This document shows, piece after piece, positions 1 through 10,014 of a DNA stretch of 51,389 bases; within the stretch, counting starts at the first letter, position 1; the number at the start of each line of letters is the position of its first letter. The position numbers and the translations under genes were made by a program. This DNA is from an uncultured Salinivenus sp. (GTDB taxonomy: Bacteria > Bacteroidota > Rhodothermia > Rhodothermales > Salinibacteraceae), in NCBI GenBank assembly GCA_964384855.1, contig CAYLMT010000001.1:1-51389 (forward strand). The letters are read 5' to 3'. The notes under the pieces are model-generated. The model had not been told where the DNA came from and searched no databases. It worked only from the letters and a program-made list of their open reading frames with translations.

Positions 1-55
1 CGATCGTTCCTACGTTTACATGCGGCTTCTCCCGCGCAAACTCTTCCTTGGCCAT
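1..55 (-). CDS. tuf: Elongation factor Tu, 5' end only (runs off the left edge of the window)
   Basis: The reverse complement from the ATG at 55 reads MAKEEFAREKPHVNVGTI, the canonical EF-Tu N-terminus leading into the G1 motif (GTIGH). It is absent from the ORF track because it is truncated. Confidence 0.95.
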   Translation of the reverse strand, partial: MAKEEFAREKPHVNVGTI

Positions 56-512
56 AACGTCTCTTGGTGGTCGTATTCAGGGTGAATCGGAATGAATGGA
101 CGGCACGCCAACTCCCAGGGAGGCGGACGTCATCGAAGACAGCCCGTCGTAGACGGCCCCAGGGCGTTCGCTGTGCAGTCTGAAACAACCTCCATTGCGG
201 GGCAGGGTTCCGGCATGATTTTGACTTCACTGGCTTTCCAACTCCGAAGGATCGCCGGAAACCGAGGGCGTCAGGTGACTGCTTCCACCCAGAGAAACGA
301 CTTTCGAGTACCACGTTTGGTTCCGAAGACTCGTCACGCCCGGAAGGTCTCGTTTCCCATGCTGCCAGTCAGTATTCGCAGACTTCTTCTCCGTTCACCC
401 GTCCGGCAACAGACCAATCGTCTCCACCACCAGTTGCTATCGTCGGGGGAGGTTTCCTAGGTCACATCTTCGTGCGTCTCCCCTCTCCAGCCCCTTCTCC
501 CCTACCTCCCAT

Positions 513-2297
513 ATGGACCCACAGCTGTTGATTGTTTTCGCGATACTAGGGATCACCGTGGCCCTGATTATCACGGAAGCGTTTCGCATCGACGTGGTCG
601 CAATCCTGGCCATGCTCTCGTTAGTGTGGGCTGGCAGCATCACGCCTCAGCAAGCCCGATCGGGCTTTTCGAGCAATGCCGTCTTCGCCATCATCGCGGT
701 CATGATCATGGGACGGGGCCTCTACAAGTCGGGCATCACCGAAACGATTGCCAACTTCATCCTGCAGGTCGCGGGGTCTGGGCGGCGTCAGATCATTTCG
801 ACCGTGTCGGTGACCGTCGGGCTGATGTCCGGACTCATGCAGAACCTCGGGGCTGCTGCCCTCTTCCTTCCCGTCATGACCGGAATCTCGAAACGAGAAC
901 AGATTTCCATCTCCAGTCTCCTCATGCCGATGGGCTTCGCCGCCCTGCTCGGAGGCACCCTCACCATGGTGGGGACGAGTTCGTTGATCGTCCTCAACGA
1001 CCTGCTCACGGCCCGCGGTCTTCCAGCCTTTGGCCTCTTCAGCGTCCTGCCCATAGGGCTCGTTCTTCTGGTTATGGGCGTTGGGTACTTTTCCCTCCTC
1101 GGCCCCTACGTGCTTCCCTCCAAGCGTGAAGAGAGTGACAGCACGAGCCCCGGCCAGAAACTGCTGAACGTCTGGGGCCTCTCGGACACCATCTACACCT
1201 TCCGGATTCCGAGCGGCAGCGACCTCATCGGAAAGTCCGCCGAGGAGTCCCATATGGGCGCAAACTACAATATCAACCTGCTGGAGGTGTACGACGACGA
1301 GCAGTCCGACTACGATATTTGGCGCGAGGTTCGGTTCCAGAGAGGTCAAAATATCGTCGTCCAGGGACAAGCAGATGACATTGAAACGTTCAAGGACATC
1401 TATAACCTCGAACTCACGGAAGAGATGGACAAAACGAGTGTAGGGTCCAGCGGTGGATACCTGGAGGTGGTCATTCCCGTTCGTTCTAATCTCGTGGGCA
1501 AAACCCTCCGCGAGATCCCACTCCGGGAGACCTACAATGCACAGGTGGTGCTCTTCTTCAGTCAAAGCGAGGTGGTGGAAGAGGGCTGGGCCGACCGCGT
1601 CATTCAAGCCGGGGACACTATGGTTCTGCACGCAAAATGGGAGAGCCTCCAGTTCTTTAAGGAGAGTGAAGACTTTATCACCGTCACCCCGCTAGAGTAC
1701 GAAGCCAAACAACCCGACAAGGCATGGCTCGCAGTGGGAAGTTTCGCGGGAGCAATCGGACTCGTCCTCGCACTTAACCTCTCGATCTCAATCGGCTTCC
1801 TCACCGGGGCCATCGCCATGATTCTGGGTGGTGTCTTGACGATCGAGGAAGCCTATCGGTCGGTCGAATGGAAGGTCGTCTTTTTGATCGCAGGGCTCAT
1901 CCCCATTGGCATCGCCATGGAGGAGTCGGGCGCCGCTTCAATTATTGCCGAGACCCTGGTGGCCGCGGTTCAGGGCATCCACCCGTTCGTGATTTTATTT
2001 TCACTGGGCCTGCTGATGACCTTCTTCTCCCTGATCATGTCCAACGTAGCCGCAACTGTCCTAATGGTGCCGCTCGTGCTCGAAATGGCGGGCACCATCG
2101 ACCTTACGGCCCAGGTTCTGGTGCTTCAGGTGGGGCTCTGTGCGGCGAACTCGTTCATTCTCCCGACCCACCACGTCAACGCCCTCCTCATGACCCCGGG
2201 TGGCTATCGGGTTCCGGACTACCTCCGCGCCGGGAGCATTCTGTCGCTCCTCTTTGTGTTTGTCACCAGTACGATGCTCTACGTTTTCTACTTGTAG
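513..2297 (+). CDS. SLC13/CitMHS-type permease with two cytoplasmic TrkA-C (RCK_C) domains
   Basis: 594 aa. Hydrophobic N- and C-terminal blocks with family motifs (GFSSNAV, ALLGGTLTMVGTSS, MSNVAATVLMVP, MTPGGYRVPDY) flank two hydrophilic TrkA-C-like repeats (IPSGSDLIGKS, IPVRSNLVGKTL). Confidence 0.88.
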   Translation: MDPQLLIVFAILGITVALIITEAFRIDVVAILAMLSLVWAGSITPQQARSGFSSNAVFAIIAVMIMGRGLYKSGITETIANFILQVAGSGRRQIISTVSVTVGLMSGLMQNLGAAALFLPVMTGISKREQISISSLLMPMGFAALLGGTLTMVGTSSLIVLNDLLTARGLPAFGLFSVLPIGLVLLVMGVGYFSLLGPYVLPSKREESDSTSPGQKLLNVWGLSDTIYTFRIPSGSDLIGKSAEESHMGANYNINLLEVYDDEQSDYDIWREVRFQRGQNIVVQGQADDIETFKDIYNLELTEEMDKTSVGSSGGYLEVVIPVRSNLVGKTLREIPLRETYNAQVVLFFSQSEVVEEGWADRVIQAGDTMVLHAKWESLQFFKESEDFITVTPLEYEAKQPDKAWLAVGSFAGAIGLVLALNLSISIGFLTGAIAMILGGVLTIEEAYRSVEWKVVFLIAGLIPIGIAMEESGAASIIAETLVAAVQGIHPFVILFSLGLLMTFFSLIMSNVAATVLMVPLVLEMAGTIDLTAQVLVLQVGLCAANSFILPTHHVNALLMTPGGYRVPDYLRAGSILSLLFVFVTSTMLYVFYL

Positions 2298-2478
2298 GCT
2301 CCCAGCCCACACTGCCTCGGCCCGTATTGTGACCGTCGCCCTTCACACGATGCACACAGAGAAACCCGAGGGGCCCTCCACCGATACTTTATAACCGACG
2401 TTGCGAGGGTCCACAGACGTTCTTCTGCCCTCGGCGTCGCCTGACTCTCCGTCTTTTCTTTGACGATCCCGTTCATCC

Positions 2479-2790
2479 ATGAGGTCCCGTTCCGCAAGAA
2501 GCCAGAAGGTACAACCTCATACGCGAAGTGGAGAGCTCACGTCACAGTCCGGCATCATCACCGGGCGCCTCGCCGACTGGGCCGAGGCCTTGGAGACGAC
2601 GAGTTCCGAATTGCTGGACGCCATGGACCGCGCCGGCGTGGAGCCCCTCATCGACACGGGAGCGTCCAAGGACGGAGAGGGGCACGACCGCCCCACGAAT
2701 CCCGAACTCCGCTGCATAGCGATGACGGAGGCGGACGTCGGACGCGTAAGCGCCGAACTGCTCGAGATTTCCCCCGTGGCGCGCGAGTAA
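2479..2790 (+). CDS. Hypothetical protein
   Basis: 103 aa ORF with an acidic, protein-like C-terminal two thirds (LADWAEALETTSSELLDAMDRAGVEPLID) and a pyrimidine-rich upstream region. No family recognised. Confidence 0.4.
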   Translation: MRSRSARSQKVQPHTRSGELTSQSGIITGRLADWAEALETTSSELLDAMDRAGVEPLIDTGASKDGEGHDRPTNPELRCIAMTEADVGRVSAELLEISPVARE

Positions 2791-2920
2791 AGAAGAGGTC
2801 AGAATGGGCCTCATTTTGCACCCATACGCGCCGCGTCGTCTGGGTGCCCATTTCCAATACGACGACCCAGTCAAGTCTTCCTGCCAGATGAGACCTGCCC
2901 ATCGGGTCCGTCCGCTCGTC

Positions 2921-3163
2921 CTATCCAGGGACCTTTTGTCCTACGAGATTTGCGGCCTCGTCCATTAGGCGTTTAAAGCGGTGGGCGGTCGACACGCTCT
3001 CGAAAGAGAGTTCCCAGCGGTTCGTTTCCACCCGAGTCAGCGTGAAATCCGTCGGGTCGAATCCTGCCGGCACGGCAAGGTGGACGACCGCGTACATGCG
3101 CTTCTTGCTGTCGGTCGTCACGGTCACGACGGTCCCGTGACGCTCGACGTCGATGGGTATCAT
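2921..3163 (-). CDS. Small hypothetical protein (about 80 aa)
   Basis: ATG at 3163 gives MIPIDVERHGTVVTVTTDSKKRMYAVVHL..., with a globular alpha/beta-like composition. It lies directly downstream of the Ig-like lipoprotein gene on the same strand. Confidence 0.6.
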   Translation of the reverse strand: MIPIDVERHGTVVTVTTDSKKRMYAVVHLAVPAGFDPTDFTLTRVETNRWELSFESVSTAHRFKRLMDEAANLVGQKVPG

Positions 3164-3247
3164 TGCCCTGACTGTTTGTGGGGAAATCACGGATGGCCCA
3201 GCCCCGAAGGGCGTACGAGCTTCGGAACGAACCAGGAATCGATTGTG

Positions 3248-4840
3248 CTACTTCTGGGGCGCACGGATCACAGCCCCACCCGAGGCGGTCCGGTGCACGG
3301 TCGCCCCTTTCGTGGGCGTCAGGGACTGAGACGTGGTCATCGTGCTATTGCTGGAGCTGGTGGGAGTGAGGACGACTTCCAAACTCCCATTGGGCCCACC
3401 TACGGTAATTGTCACCGACTCGACTGTCGGGGTTCCTTCCTCGTCTACTTCTTGATCCTCAACGACCCGAAAGGTGAAGGACGTGGTTTCGTCCATGTTC
3501 ACGATATCCCCAGCATCGAATCCATCGTTCTCGTCGTCATTGAGGAAGGTGTCATCGAGGGTGACGTCGGTACTACCCACGGCCTTGACTTTCGTCCCCT
3601 CGGCCTGTACCTGGATGGTCGTTCCTGGTGCAAGCGGATTGTTATTTTCCACGTCCCACACCGTCAGGTCGTAGGTCTGCCCCAATTCCGCTGAATCGGG
3701 CTCTACCCCTACCTCCGGCCGCCCCGAAAAGACGATGGGAATCGTCTCAGAAATCGTATTTTCATTGCCCGTGTCCGCCGGATCGGAGCAGTTGTCGGGG
3801 TCCACGATCGTATTCACATCGTCGGTCCCAACCGTTTCGGCCCGCACAGTTCCGACACCTCCGCTCGGCAATGGCTCTGCGGAGGTGAGCGTAACGGATC
3901 CTTGCCCCTGGTCATCGGTCTGCAGGGAGCCCCCAATGAGCCCCGAATTCGTACTGAACGAGACCGAGGTGCCCGGGACCACGGGATTCCCGTATTTGTC
4001 GCCCACAAACACCTGGACTGGGGTCGTCACACCGAGTTTGACGAGGCCGGGAAAGTTAAACCGTTCCGGGGCGAGGCTGAAGTGACATTTGTTGGGGAGT
4101 CCCCCATGAATGGAGAGGCTCACCGGCTTGGACTGAAATGTCGTCCCGTCGGGCCGTTCGGTCTCGGCGACCACCTGCACAACCCCGGCGGTCGTTCCGC
4201 TTGATACGTTCACGGTGGCCTGGCCCTGCCCGTTGGTTTGCACAGTGCTCGGGGTCAGGGTCGCATCTCCGGGCTGCTGCCCAAATCGGAAGTCCACGTC
4301 GACGGCCTGATCCGCCTGAATCGCCTTTCCGGTCGAATCGACGACCTGAAAGGTCATGCGAGCGATGCTCGTGCCCCCGCTTTCCTGGACACGAATGGAC
4401 GTCGCCGACTGGTCTTGCAGCAAAATGTCTGTGGGACGCCCGGGCTCTCGGGCTTCTTCTCCTCCAATCTCGAGCATAAAGCTTAAGTCGGACGCGCCTC
4501 CGGCGTCGGGGGACAACTGCCGCACCTGCTGAGCAGTTGCTCCCTGTTTTGAGACCGTAATCGTAACCTCGGTGGGCTCGTCCACCTCGATCGACTCGGT
4601 GAAGCGGCCCGTCGAATCGGTCGTGGCTGTCTGCTCGACCTGCTCGCCCGTCTCGTCCGTAAACTGAATCACCACCTGCGCATCCACCACAGGATTGGAG
4701 ACGGCATCAAGCACTTGGCCAGCCACAGTTACGTCACTGGAGCCCGCACCGCCCAAATCACAGCCGAGCCCACCGACCAAGAGGACCGCAGTCGCCAGGA
4801 TGAGAAGAAACGGTCGTCCGGTTCGAGAAGAAGAGAACAT
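3248..4840 (-). CDS. Lipoprotein with a carboxypeptidase-regulatory-like domain and invasin/intimin-type Ig-like (Big_1) domains
   Basis: Signal peptide with lipobox VGGLG-C. N-terminal GQVLDAVSNPVVDAQV..TTDSTGRF module. Two Big_1-like repeats (VVDSTGKAI..VDFR..QTNGQGQATVNVSS; VGDKYGNPVVPGTSVSFST..QTDDQGQGSVTLTS). Start taken at ATG 4840. Confidence 0.8.
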   Translation of the reverse strand: MFSSSRTGRPFLLILATAVLLVGGLGCDLGGAGSSDVTVAGQVLDAVSNPVVDAQVVIQFTDETGEQVEQTATTDSTGRFTESIEVDEPTEVTITVSKQGATAQQVRQLSPDAGGASDLSFMLEIGGEEAREPGRPTDILLQDQSATSIRVQESGGTSIARMTFQVVDSTGKAIQADQAVDVDFRFGQQPGDATLTPSTVQTNGQGQATVNVSSGTTAGVVQVVAETERPDGTTFQSKPVSLSIHGGLPNKCHFSLAPERFNFPGLVKLGVTTPVQVFVGDKYGNPVVPGTSVSFSTNSGLIGGSLQTDDQGQGSVTLTSAEPLPSGGVGTVRAETVGTDDVNTIVDPDNCSDPADTGNENTISETIPIVFSGRPEVGVEPDSAELGQTYDLTVWDVENNNPLAPGTTIQVQAEGTKVKAVGSTDVTLDDTFLNDDENDGFDAGDIVNMDETTSFTFRVVEDQEVDEEGTPTVESVTITVGGPNGSLEVVLTPTSSSNSTMTTSQSLTPTKGATVHRTASGGAVIRAPQK

Positions 4841-5431
4841 GAGAGCAGGAAGGAAGTCCGGAGACAATGCATCCCTGAAGGCGGCAAGAAGTATTCCGGA
4901 ATCCGGCCGTCCCCAAAGAACCGTCCTCTTTTAAACGACTCGGCACAGTCAGCTTATGGACCAGATTCCCCTCCCAGCCCTGCCAATAAGCGGTGATGGA
5001 GGAAGCAATACGGCTGACGTCGAGCTAAATTAGGGCGCCGCGTGCGCGCATCAACCGAGCCAACTGGCGGTTTTCACGCGGTTTCGGAAGAGAGGCTTGA
5101 GGCGTTAATCAGCCCATGGAGGGTGGGCCGGGGGAGGACGATTGCAGAGGTGCCTTTCGTAACGGAAGAGCTGGAATTTTTACAGCCCTGATATTTTCAG
5201 AACGGCACCTCGTCGGACGACAGGCGCTCTCTCTTACACGCGACGTGTCGCACCCAGACGCTGAGCAAAGACTGGACATCTCCACCCGTCTGGACACCGG
5301 ATCCCCGTTTTGAGATGTGAAGGGGCTGTCCACACCAAACCCATTGGGACGGACAGAAAGACCCGATCAAAGCAGACAGCCAGTGCGAGCGCCGATCGCC
5401 CCTGGCTCTTCCCACACCGCCCCCATCGTTC

Positions 5432-6244
5432 CTACTCAGATAGCCCCGGAGACTCCCCGACGGCTCCATCGCCCTGGGGCTCCGGGAGACCCTGTTGAGC
5501 CGATTGGTCGGGCTGAAGAGGGATGTCGCCTCGTGCCTCCACGGAAAAGTCTGACGCCCGGTCCGCAACCCGAAGTCGAAGGTGTTGCTGCCGGGCCAGC
5601 TCCAGGAGGGCCAGGAATGTGGCGATGACGAAGCCCCGGGACTCCCCCCGAATCAGCGACCGGAAGGACACCTGAGGCTCACGACGCAGACGCTGGATCA
5701 CGTAGCGCTGCTGTTCCTCGACCGTGTATTCAACGGGTTCGACCTCGTGGACCGGCTCCTCTTCGTCCTCCTCGTCGGCTTCAAGAACCCGCCCGAGCGC
5801 TTCGACCAACTCGAAGACGGAGGCATCCACCTCCACCTCGTGGGACTCCTCGACCCGGTCCCGATCCTCCGACGCATCCCCCCGCACAAAATGCTCGCGC
5901 CGCCGCTCCTGCCGGGTTGACAGCTGGTCGGCCGCCTCTTTAAACCGCACGTACTCCAGGAGACGCTCCACCAGCTCGCGCCGCGGATCGACGGATTCGC
6001 CCTCCTCGTCGGCCTCCTGCGACGGCAAAAGCATGCGCGCCTTGATGTTGATGAGGAGGGCCGCCATGTAGATAAAATCGCCCACGCCGTCCAGGTCGAT
6101 CTCCTCCATCACGCGAACGTACGCAAGGTACTCGTCCGCAATGCGGGCGATGGGGATGTCATAGATGTCGATCTCATCCCGCTTGATAAAAAACAGGAGG
6201 AGATCCATCGGCCCCTCGAATTGCTCTAGCTCAACGCGGTACAT
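5432..6244 (-). CDS. scpA: Segregation and condensation protein A (SMC kleisin subunit)
   Basis: Diagnostic N-terminus FEGPMDLLLFFIKRDEIDIYDIPIARI, plus DPRRELVERLLEY and C-terminal ATFLALLEL. Confidence 0.95.
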   Translation of the reverse strand: MYRVELEQFEGPMDLLLFFIKRDEIDIYDIPIARIADEYLAYVRVMEEIDLDGVGDFIYMAALLINIKARMLLPSQEADEEGESVDPRRELVERLLEYVRFKEAADQLSTRQERRREHFVRGDASEDRDRVEESHEVEVDASVFELVEALGRVLEADEEDEEEPVHEVEPVEYTVEEQQRYVIQRLRREPQVSFRSLIRGESRGFVIATFLALLELARQQHLRLRVADRASDFSVEARGDIPLQPDQSAQQGLPEPQGDGAVGESPGLSE

Positions 6245-6302
6245 GTCCGCTCGTGCCGTTGTGTAGAGAACGACGGCGCCTGGAGCCCGACCCTATGGAC
6301 TC

Positions 6303-7289
6303 TTACTCCATTCCCTCATACCCGTTCGGGTGGCGACGGTGCCACTCCCAGGCCGAACCGATGATGTCTTCGAGGGCACTGTGCTCCGGGGTCCAGCCGA
6401 GCTCCTCACGAATCTTGTCGCTGCCGGCAATGAGGACCGGCGGATCCCCCGGGCGCGGATCGCCCTCCTCTGCGGGAATCTCACAGCCCGTGACGCGGCG
6501 AGCAGTCTCAATGACCTCTCGCACGCTGTAGCCCTTTCCATTGCCCAGATTGTACACGCGGCTCCCGTCGTCCAGGGCGTTCAGGGCCAGAATGTGCGCC
6601 TGTGCAAGGTCGAGCACGTGAATATAGTCCCGAACACACGTCCCGTCGGGCGTGTCGTAGTCGTCCCCGAAGATGACGATCTTATCACGCTGGCCGAGCG
6701 CAACCTCCAGAACAATGGGAATGAGATGCGTCTCGGGGTCGTGGTCTTCCCCCTGGTCGGGCCCGGCGGCCCCGGCCGCATTGAAGTAGCGGAGCGCGGC
6801 GTAGGAAAGGTCCTCCGTTTCGTCGAGCCAGTGGAGGGTCCGTTCCAGCATGAACTTTGACTCGCCGTAGGGGCTTCCCGGATCGATCGTCACGTCTTCG
6901 TCAATCGGAATCCGCTCCGGGGTTCCAAAAAGGTTCGCAGTCGAGGACAGAATGAAGCGGTCCACGTCGTGCTCCACGGCCGACTCCATCAGATTGACGC
7001 CGCAGCGCACGTTTTCGTCGAGATATAGGAACGGCTCCTCCATCGACTCCCCGACCAGGGTGTGAGACGCAAAATGCATGATCGCCTCCGGGCGGTGCTC
7101 GGCGAGCGTGCGATCGATCACCGAACGGTTTTTCAGGTCACCGTGGACGAAGGCGGCCTCTTCCGGCACCGCCGCCCGGTGGCCCTGCGATAAATTATCG
7201 AGGACAATCACGTCATTTCCGGTCTCGACCAATTGCCGGGCCACGGTGCTTCCGATATATCCAGCTCCCCCCGTAACGAGAACGCGCAT
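6303..7289 (-). CDS. galE: UDP-glucose 4-epimerase
   Basis: [11 protein letters not shown]-binding motif, YGESK catalytic Yxxx[20 protein letters not shown]. Confidence 0.95.
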   Translation of the reverse strand: MRVLVTGGAGYIGSTVARQLVETGNDVIVLDNLSQGHRAAVPEEAAFVHGDLKNRSVIDRTLAEHRPEAIMHFASHTLVGESMEEPFLYLDENVRCGVNLMESAVEHDVDRFILSSTANLFGTPERIPIDEDVTIDPGSPYGESKFMLERTLHWLDETEDLSYAALRYFNAAGAAGPDQGEDHDPETHLIPIVLEVALGQRDKIVIFGDDYDTPDGTCVRDYIHVLDLAQAHILALNALDDGSRVYNLGNGKGYSVREVIETARRVTGCEIPAEEGDPRPGDPPVLIAGSDKIREELGWTPEHSALEDIIGSAWEWHRRHPNGYEGME

Positions 7290-7362
7290 AAACGTCAGTC
7301 GTCTGGTACATGGTGCAATTCACTGGTGAAGGCGGACGGCATCGACATGCCTTGGCGCCTAT

Positions 7363-7398
7363 ACAAAAGGCGAGAGCCCGAAGGCCCTCGCCTTTTGT
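7363..7398 (-). terminator. Intrinsic terminator after pnp (potentially bidirectional)
   Basis: Minus strand ACAAAAGGCGAGGGCC-TTCG-GGCTCTCGCCTTTTGT: GC stem with a C(UUCG)G tetraloop and A/T tracts on both sides, about 55 nt after the pnp stop. Confidence 0.85.
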
Positions 7399-7452
7399 GG
7401 GGCGAAACGTAAACTTCGGACCCGCCCCCCCTCGTCACGGGCTCCGTCTCGA

Positions 7453-9591
7453 TTACTCGTCTTGCTCTCCGTTCTCTTCCGAGACGAACGGCTTTCGCGT
7501 GAGGCGCATCTTTCCGTCGTCGTGGATTTCCAGGAGATGGACCTTCACCTTGTCGCCCACCTCGAGGTAGTCCTCGACGTTCTCGACGTAGTCGTGGTCG
7601 ATCTCGGACACGTGAAGGAGACCCGTCTTCTCGGGCATGATCTCGACGAATGCGCCGAAGTCGCGGATGCCCTTGACGGTGCCGATGTAATCCTCGCCTT
7701 CCTCCGGCACGGCCACGATCTGTTTGATCCGCTCGACGGCCGCCTCGGCGTCGTTCTGGTTGGTCGCGGCAATTGTCACGATGCCGACGCCTTCTTCCTC
7801 CTCGACCGTGATCTCGGTGTTCGTCTCCTCCTGCACGCTCTTCACGACCTTGCCACCCGGACCAATGACGGCGCCGATGCGGTCCGGATCGATCGTGAGC
7901 TTGGTGAGGCGTGGGGCGTGCTGGGACAGCTCCTCGCGCGGCTTCGAAATGGTCTCCTCCATGCCGTCGAGGATGAAGTGACGCGCCTCCCGCGCCTGCT
8001 TCAGGGCCTTCAGCATGACGTCGCGGGAGAGCCCCTCAATCTTCATGTCCATTTGGCAGGCGGTAATGCCATCCCGCGTGCCCGTGATCTTGAAGTCCAT
8101 GTCGCCCAGGTGGTCCTCCTGGCCAAGGATGTCGGTGAGGACGGTCGTCTCGTCGCCCTCCTGCACCAGCCCCATCGCGATACCGGCCACCGGTTTGTCG
8201 ATGGGCACCCCGGCGTCCATGAGCGCCAGGCTACCGGCACAGACACTGGCCATCGAGGAGGAGCCGTTCGACTCCATCACGTCGGCGTTGATGCGGATGG
8301 TGTACGGAAACTCATTCTGCTCCGGAATGACCGGCCGTAGGGCCCGCTCTGCGAGCATGCTGTGGCCGATCTCACGGCGCTTGGGCCCGCGCAAGTAGCT
8401 GGCCTCTCCCACAGAGAACGGTGGGAAACGGTAGTGGAGGTAGAAGGACTTATCGGTGTCGGCGAAGACCTCGTCGACCGGCTGCACATCCTCGGACGTG
8501 CCAAGCGTCACCGAGCCGAGCACCTGGGTCTCACCCCGCGTAAAGATGGCGGAGCCGTGGACGCGCGGGAGATAACCCACCTCCATCCAGAGGTCGCGGA
8601 CATCCGTCTGGTCGCGCCCGTCAATCCGCTTGCCCTCCTCGACGATCATGCTACGCATTTCGTCCTTCTCCACCTCCCCGACGGCGTCGCGGATGTCGGA
8701 GGCGGTGTAGCCCTCCGGCGTCTCGGCCTCGTCTCCGAGCACCTCATCGACGGCCTGATCCTTAATGTCGTCGATGCCGCCGTGGAACGTCTCCTTGCTG
8801 TAAGGTCCGTGGATGTGCTCGGCCACTTTCGGTCCGTACTGCTCCCGCATTTGCTGGACGAGCTCCTCTGGCACGAGATCGGCCTCCCATTCGAATGGTT
8901 CGGGCTCGCCCGCTTTTTCGACGAGGCGGTGCTGCCCCTCACACAGCCGTCGGATCGACCGGTGGGCCACGTCGAGGGCCTCGATCATGCTCTCCTCGCT
9001 GATCTCGTGGGCCTCTCCCTCCACCATGACGAGAGCATCTTCTTTCCCCGCCACGACGAGGTCGATGTCACTCTCCTCGGTCTGCTGCATCGTCGGGTTC
9101 ACGATGAAGTCGCCGTCCACGCGACCAACGCGCACCTCCGCAAAGGGACCCGCAAACGGCGCCCCCGAAAGCATGAGCGCGGCGGACGACCCGACACCGG
9201 CAATGACGTCCGCGTCGAAGTCTTGCCCCGCCGAGATGACGAAGTTCACGACGTGGACATCATGGTAGAACCCCTCCGGAAAGAGCGGGCGAATGGCCCG
9301 ATCAATCAGCCGCGCCGTGAGCGTCTCCTTGTCCGTGGGCCGGCCTTCGCGTTTGATGAACCCGCCCGGCACCTTGCCGCCCGCCGCGAACTTTTCTCGG
9401 TAGTCGACGGTGAGCGGGAAAAAGTTCGACTCGTTCACAGAGTCGCTGAGGGTGGCGGTGGAGAGGACCATCGTGTCGCCCAGCCGGGCCACGACGGATC
9501 CGTCTGCCTGCTTGGCGATGCGGCCTGTCTCCAGCGACAACGATCGTTCGGGGACAAACTCAATGTCTTGAATGTGGGCTTCAGGCTTCAT
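7453..9591 (-). CDS. pnp: Polyribonucleotide nucleotidyltransferase (PNPase)
   Basis: ETGRIAKQADGSV, FFPLTVDYREK, RREIGH, ESNGSSSMASVC, EDHLGDMDFK, C-terminal KH and S1 domains. Follows rpsO. ATG at 9591 preferred. Confidence 0.98.
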   Translation of the reverse strand: MKPEAHIQDIEFVPERSLSLETGRIAKQADGSVVARLGDTMVLSTATLSDSVNESNFFPLTVDYREKFAAGGKVPGGFIKREGRPTDKETLTARLIDRAIRPLFPEGFYHDVHVVNFVISAGQDFDADVIAGVGSSAALMLSGAPFAGPFAEVRVGRVDGDFIVNPTMQQTEESDIDLVVAGKEDALVMVEGEAHEISEESMIEALDVAHRSIRRLCEGQHRLVEKAGEPEPFEWEADLVPEELVQQMREQYGPKVAEHIHGPYSKETFHGGIDDIKDQAVDEVLGDEAETPEGYTASDIRDAVGEVEKDEMRSMIVEEGKRIDGRDQTDVRDLWMEVGYLPRVHGSAIFTRGETQVLGSVTLGTSEDVQPVDEVFADTDKSFYLHYRFPPFSVGEASYLRGPKRREIGHSMLAERALRPVIPEQNEFPYTIRINADVMESNGSSSMASVCAGSLALMDAGVPIDKPVAGIAMGLVQEGDETTVLTDILGQEDHLGDMDFKITGTRDGITACQMDMKIEGLSRDVMLKALKQAREARHFILDGMEETISKPREELSQHAPRLTKLTIDPDRIGAVIGPGGKVVKSVQEETNTEITVEEEEGVGIVTIAATNQNDAEAAVERIKQIVAVPEEGEDYIGTVKGIRDFGAFVEIMPEKTGLLHVSEIDHDYVENVEDYLEVGDKVKVHLLEIHDDGKMRLTRKPFVSEENGEQDE

Positions 9592-9683
9592 AAGTCTCAA
9601 TCAGCTACTCTCAAAGTCAACAAAATGCGAAAGGGGTTCCGACGTGAGGCTCAACGACAGCGGGGAGCGTGCAGACCCCATAT

Positions 9684-9718
9684 AACAAACGGCCTCCCGG
9701 CAGAGGCCGGGACGCCGT
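9684..9718 (-). terminator. Terminator-like hairpin between rpsO and pnp
   Basis: Minus strand ACGGCGTCCCGGC-CTCT-GCCGGGAGGCCGT-TTGTT, starting 13 nt after the rpsO stop. Position is analogous to the E. coli rpsO t1 terminator. Confidence 0.65.
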
Positions 9719-9731
9719 GAGGGAAGACGCG

Positions 9732-9998
9732 TTACTTCCGGAGCTCCAACTCGTCTCGGATGGCACGATACCGCTCAATCTCGTTTTCCTGGAGGTAATT
9801 GAGCAGTCGTCGGCGTTTCCCGACGAGATCGAGCAACCCCTGCCGGGTCGAGTTGTCGTTGGGATGGTCTTCCAGATGCTCCGTGAGGCGCTCAATCCGT
9901 TTCGTAAAGATCGCAATCTGCACCTCCGGAGTGCCCGTGTCGTCGGGTCCGTTGCCGAACCGGTCTACGATTTCCTGTTTCTCTTCCGTGGTAATCAT
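9732..9998 (-). CDS. rpsO: 30S ribosomal protein S15
   Basis: 88 aa with DTGTPEVQIAIFT and GLLDLVGKRRRLLNYL. Confidence 0.98.
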   Translation of the reverse strand: MITTEEKQEIVDRFGNGPDDTGTPEVQIAIFTKRIERLTEHLEDHPNDNSTRQGLLDLVGKRRRLLNYLQENEIERYRAIRDELELRK

Positions 9999-10014
9999 CG
10001 TGCGGTGGAATACC

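Noticed and set aside
92-460. 122-aa + strand ORF upstream of the permease
   Set aside because: Arg/Ser-rich and non-acidic, lying in the tuf/permease divergent promoter region; likely spurious.
5432-6244. scpA without an adjacent scpB or smc
   Set aside because: These genes are often dispersed, and absence from the genome cannot be judged from one window.
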